Assembly: GCA_964016885.1 (NCBI GenBank)
Contig: OZ024747.1
Location: 58,590,001 to 58,654,000, forward strand
Source of the DNA: Eledone cirrhosa
Lineage: Eukaryota
Length of the DNA: 64,000 bases
Direction of reading: 5' to 3'
Shown: positions 58,713 through 64,000 of the stretch, in pieces
Position numbering within the stretch: the first letter of the stretch is position 1
Layout: every line of letters starts with the position of its first letter
Notes under the pieces: generated by a model
Told to the model about the DNA's origin: nothing
Databases searched by the model: none
What the model saw: the letters and a program-made list of their open reading frames with translations, nothing else
Position numbers and translations under genes: made by a program

Positions 58713-60929
58713 ATTATTTATTTCACGTTTCTCGAATCCACTCAGCTGGAGGAAATGAGGTGTACTTCTATTTAAAACGTTAACCACCAGTTGTAGTTGG
58801 TATAAATTATCAGCTAAATCTACTGAAGCAGCGTAGATTGAATTACCTTGCGCTATTTGGCCTAGTTCTTCTTGTCATATGACATATGCACAGTAGTTAG
58901 ATAGGCAGGCCGAGACAGGTGAGACAGACCAAGGTGTCCTTTGCAGCATTATAGATAGCCTCCCGGCTACCCGGAAAAGTATAACAGGGTAAAGCCAATC
59001 AACAGATCAACATGCAATCAGGGTCTCCAGAGTCACTTACTGGACTGTCTTTCATTTTCAATCGATGGAAATGATTGGCTGTCTTGGTATATGTTATGCG
59101 GTTCCGATTAAGGGACATTACTTTCTATGAAAGTCAAAGCTGGCTGGTTTAGATGTGCGCTCCTTGGCCTAGTAATTGAACGTTTCACCTTATGGTAGTG
59201 AGACATTCACCCTAACTACTAGCCAAATAACACTCAATATTATTATTAATGATCTATATATTGTTACTTATAAGTGGTTGCCACATAATCTCAACGCTAT
59301 GCTACACTTTCTAAAGTAGACTTTACAGCAATTGTGGTAGTCCCGTATATTATTGTGTAGAATGTATTTTCACGATAATTAGAATTCATACCTTGACATT
59401 TTTTTCATTCACATTCTATTCCTATTTCAGCTACCTTATGTTACTTGTGGTATTAAGGGAATCTCTATTCAGTTCCAATATTCCATATATAAATAGCAGT
59501 GAAATCTCGCTTAAATCAAACTCTTTTGTCTAAAACTAAAAAAGAGATATGCGATAATGAAGTGTTGGAGTTAGGGGTGAGGTAACTGAACATACGTATA
59601 TGTTCATATGTCTATTGAATCAATGCAGGCCTGGAAATAAACAACATACACAAAAACAACGGCAACTTTATGTAATTTAGTTAGTGGTAAAATGATTATC
59701 ATCAGATTAATTTCTTATGTATTGGGGATTCTGTAACAATAAAAACCAATAAATAATAAAGAAATTCAGATAAAACGTTGGAAACTAGTAAAAACTAATG
59801 AAAACAACTTCATCTAATTGTTACTTTGAATCATGAAATAATATGTTTCTCGGCGAATCTCTGTCAATATGTTCAAAGGCACTGATTCTTTTTTGATAAA
59901 ATGACATATAACTGTGGAGGATGAAATAATATGGTCTTTATTTTTTGTTTCAATATTAACTGCAGTAGAAATGAAGAATATTGGATTTAGGTGAGAATTT
60001 AAAAAAGATTGAATCCCACGTTTGGTTACTTTGAACTTACATCGCATTATTCAATGTTCAGTTGATAGAAGTTTGGAACATTAAATGCTAAAGTGATTGC
60101 TAAAAGAATGTATCCATAAAACACTTGTTGAGTATGTTTTCGGTATTTTTACAGTTAATATTTTGGAACATTGTGATACCTTTTTTTTAGTTCCATTTCT
60201 CAGATATCTGTTTTTATTTTCTTAGATTTTTTGTAAAGAAAAGAATGATTCGCATAGAAATACCATTAACTCTACGACGTTGGAAGTTTATGAAAACAAA
60301 CTCTATCTGTAAGCTTTTAGCTTGATTACCTTCACATTTTATACAGCTGACAGTATATCGTTTTCTTGCAAATCAATGACGTTATGGAAACTTCGTTGGC
60401 GTTTGGGATAAGCTTATCACGTGTCTTTTTCGCAATGTAGTGTTTACTTCACACGGAACCTATTTCCCTTCAACTCTGCCTGCAATACCTTTGAGAAAGG
60501 AATTTACATCTCAAAATTACATTTTATCTCGCTATAAATATTATCATTTTCACTTCTACCGTTGCTATTATTCCGTCTTATCTTAGAATATATTAGTTTA
60601 TTTCCTAAAATCTTCGAGTCCATATTTTTCTCGAATTGAATAACAGGATAATCACCCTGGCTCGACATTAACTCACATGAGATAAAAGTAACGCAGTAAA
60701 AAAATAATTATACACTTAGATATTGTCTGCTTTATCTGATTTCTAATCTCCACCTTCATATCTATTTTAAGGAACATATTATCACTCCAATGTCTCCTAT
60801 AACTGCATTATCATTTTATCAAAATATTTCTCTAGCTCAGTGTTTCGTCTTAGTCTAGTTTGTCTATAGTCATAAATATATTCGTGGTTGATTAAATAAA
60901 AAGGAATGACGGAATACGAGTTTAGTGAA

Positions 60930-61125
60930 CCCGGAAGCATGACTCTGCATAATTATTGGAACCTACTAGATTATATCCTTGTGTGCCAGAGAGATACGAA
61001 AGATGTGCTGCATACCAGAGTTATGCTGTGTGTTGAGTGCTACACTGATCATCGGTTCGTATCATCAACTCTGGGATTGACAATGAAGCCAGCAGTGAAG
61101 AAAAGAGTCCTACAATTCCCCAATA
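60930..61125 (+). mobile_element. RTE LINE AP-endonuclease fragment
   Basis: WNLLDYILVCQRDTKDVLHTRVMLCVECYTDHRFV in ORF 60906-61181. Confidence 0.85.
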
Positions 61126-61494
61126 CAGAGAGATGGGGAGGACGTGTTCGGACACATTGCACCTGTCATGTGGACCACTAAATTATCAGTGCGATGCTGC
61201 TGCCGTTGTTGTTGTTGTTTAGCCCTAGTTCTAACCTTGTTTGAGCAAACCTATGTTCAGAGAAGACAAGTCAGCTCCTTTATCTTAATCCAACTTAAAT
61301 CTGTATGTGTAGTGGCTCTCATTGTCTAATACAATAAAAACTACTAACAATTATAAATCAGGATACATGAAGCCGTTGCAACAACATTCTATTGTTAATT
61401 ACTAACCGGATATAATCAACATTTGACTTATCAGTAGTAGGAACGTGAAGTTAATAGCCAAGACTATAAATTCCGCCACATACTAATTTTTTTA

Positions 61495-61930
61495 AACCTA
61501 GGCACAAGGTTACTTGTTTGGTGAAAGTAAGACGTCGATTATATGGATCCTTGTAATTACTTGGTACTCTATTTTATTAACTCTGGAGTTGGGAGTGAAA
61601 GACAAAGATGACATCAATGTAATTCCCGAATTATTTAATTGTAATCGTATAATCGAATGGTGTCCGTCGCTCTACCGATACCACTGCCAATACACCGCCC
61701 TTTTTCTTCATTTCATAATAATAATGATTTATACTATAGGTACAAAGGAGGAAGGGAAAGTCTATTAAATCGACCCAGTGCATCACTGGTACTTTATTTT
61801 ATCGACCCCGTAAGGATGAAAAGCTATTCTAACCTAGGCGGGATTTGAAAGCAGAACGTAAATTGCCGTAACTCTATGCTGCAAAGCATGGTGTTCGATG
61901 CTCTATTGATGCTACAGCTAATTCAGTGCC
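61495..61930 (-). mobile_element. Two SINE copies (61495-61700 degenerate; 61725-61930)
   Basis: Reverse-complement consensus. Confidence 0.8.
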
Positions 61931-63127
61931 CTTTTTCCTCATTTAATGATAATAATAGAAAACATAGTAAAATAGCGCCACAGATCACTGCAGACATTTT
62001 ACGTAGAGTACTTTCAATGCAATAGAATCAACGCCAACAATGTAAAATTCTACGTACAGTGAAATATTAATATCAGTAGTATTTATAATAACGACATACG
62101 AAATTTTGTATTCAATCAATTATATTTCAACAGCCCACCTGAGGAAGGAGCCCTGTGAGGTGGGGTGGCTATTGCAGTGTTTGTCACTGGCCATTGTCTA
62201 CGAAAATGCCTTTGCAATTTTGTCCAGAGGGCGCAGCCGAAACACCGATCTCCCCTAGGCATAGAGGCTATCACCCTCTCCTATTCCCCCTCGCTTTCTT
62301 CCGTAGCCTATAGTCCTTGCGTTTTCCCTCCTTTTCCTCTCATTTACGACATTAATAGACCTTTGCTCTACTTTCCTTTACAGCCAGATCTGCCCTTCTT
62401 TAACACTTCCTCCCTTAGTTTATTCTTTAATTTTGATAATTTTTTTATATTTCCACTATTGTAAAGCTTCTTTTTATAACACCATTAAACAGACTTGAGT
62501 ACGTTGAATAGAAAGTGCCTTCTAAAGTTTCACAATACACGATTACAAAACTTATTTCGTACCTAAACTGATGCAATGTCCCTCAGTTTACAAACATATC
62601 TTAGTCGACAGTAAAAACATAAAACAACGACTACATTACATAAAATGTTCAACATGATTACCGTAATCTACAGGAATGCTAGAATGATAAAGCTTTGAGT
62701 CTCAGCTCTCTCTTAACTCTACGGCGCACTGATTCAGTTGTGTCAAAAATCTGTTCGTACACATCATATATGCATATATATATATATATATATATATATG
62801 TATTAGAAAGATCGAGTATCGAAAAATCGGCGCACGAGTTCACGATAAACAAAAATAAACAAAATTCGAAATGAGCGGCAGAGGGCTCAATAATTCAGAT
62901 GAATCAGAGCTATAACTATCGTTAAAATACCGTCACATATAGAACAAGTCTACAATCAACCATACGATAAAAAATCGATAATAGAAGATTCGGGACAAAC
63001 AGATAAAAAATATCAATAAAACAATACATCAATAATTTAAATGAACAGATTTGTGACACAACTGAATCATGTGTGTGTATGTATACATACACACACACAC
63101 ATACACACAAACACATAAACATATATA

Positions 63128-63177
<50 letters not shown>

Positions 63178-63179
<2 letters not shown>

Positions 63180-63362
63180 AACCAGTAAGACCCCGACAGC
63201 TGAGCTCAAGCCGTTTCGACGGCTAATTCCAGAATTAGCCGTCGAAACGGCTTGAGCTCAGCTGTCGGGGTCTTACTGGTTCCAATTACCCACTCTACTA
63301 CCTCAAGTATTGAGTACTTTGGTGCGTTATGGTCCACCTGGTTCCTTACCACATATCCTTCG

Positions 63363-63364
<2 letters not shown>
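63178..63364 (+). mobile_element. Short element in (TA)n with a perfect 52-bp-arm palindrome (63178-63283)
   Basis: Arms 63178-63229 / 63232-63283, 2-nt loop; homologous to 37289-37492. Confidence 0.9.
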
Positions 63365-63446
<82 letters not shown>

Positions 63447-63514
63447 CTAAGAAACAAAAAACAAAAACAGTAACAGGCTGCAGTACGAACGGTGTGGTAT
63501 TAGGTTCACGTGTG

Positions 63515-63640
<126 letters not shown>

Positions 63641-63819
63641 AAATATATATGACTATGTGTGCTCGTTTGTTTGTATGGGAGTGTATATGTGGGTGTGTGG
63701 CTGTATCTCTGTATCTGTTTAACTCTTTATCTACTTGTCTATGTACACATGTATGGGAGGATTTATATATGTGTGAATGATAAGATCGCGAGTGAAATCT
63801 AGAAGACAAACAGACAGAC

Positions 63820-63928
63820 AAGAAGAAGAAGAAGAAGAAGAAGAAGAAGAAGAAGAAGAAGAAGAAGAAGAAGAAGAAGAAGAAGAAGAAGAAGAAGAAG
63901 AAGAAGAAGAAGAAGAAGAAGAAGAAGA
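63820..63928. repeat. (GAA)n microsatellite
   Basis: Directly visible. Confidence 0.99.
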
Positions 63929-64000
63929 TATAGTAGTAGTGAGGCATAGTGAGAAATATTAAATGGCTGCTATAAATTGAAGAGTGTTAGTATGATAGCA

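Noticed and set aside
62140-62250. Hammerhead with long helix II (CTGAGGA...GAAAC)
   Set aside because: Helix I cannot be formed; at best a decayed remnant

Overview
AT-rich, repeat-saturated eukaryotic non-coding DNA, probably intronic or intergenic. I infer an octopus (coleoid cephalopod) genome from the SINE family and the (TA)n/(CA)n density. No intact host protein-coding gene is supportable; almost all ORF-track entries are microsatellite translations. Content: about 25 copies of one tRNA-derived SINE, decayed LINEs (Dong/R4-like, RTE), a Helentron/DINE-like element, a tiny MITE, minisatellites and a 110-bp array with 3-unit higher-order structure. The most interesting signal is a coherent Penelope-like (PLE)/hammerhead set: (i) a ~308-codon open frame with a C-terminal GIY-YIG endonuclease that the ORF track missed (37547-38547); (ii) three type I hammerhead ribozyme (HHR) motifs in short elements at (TA)n tracts (27645, 34097, 51370); (iii) about eight fold-back insertions beside (TA)n. 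Several of these invert at a stem directly before GAAAC, which suggests snap-back at HHR helix II. All alignments, translations and folds were done by eye, so boundaries are approximate.
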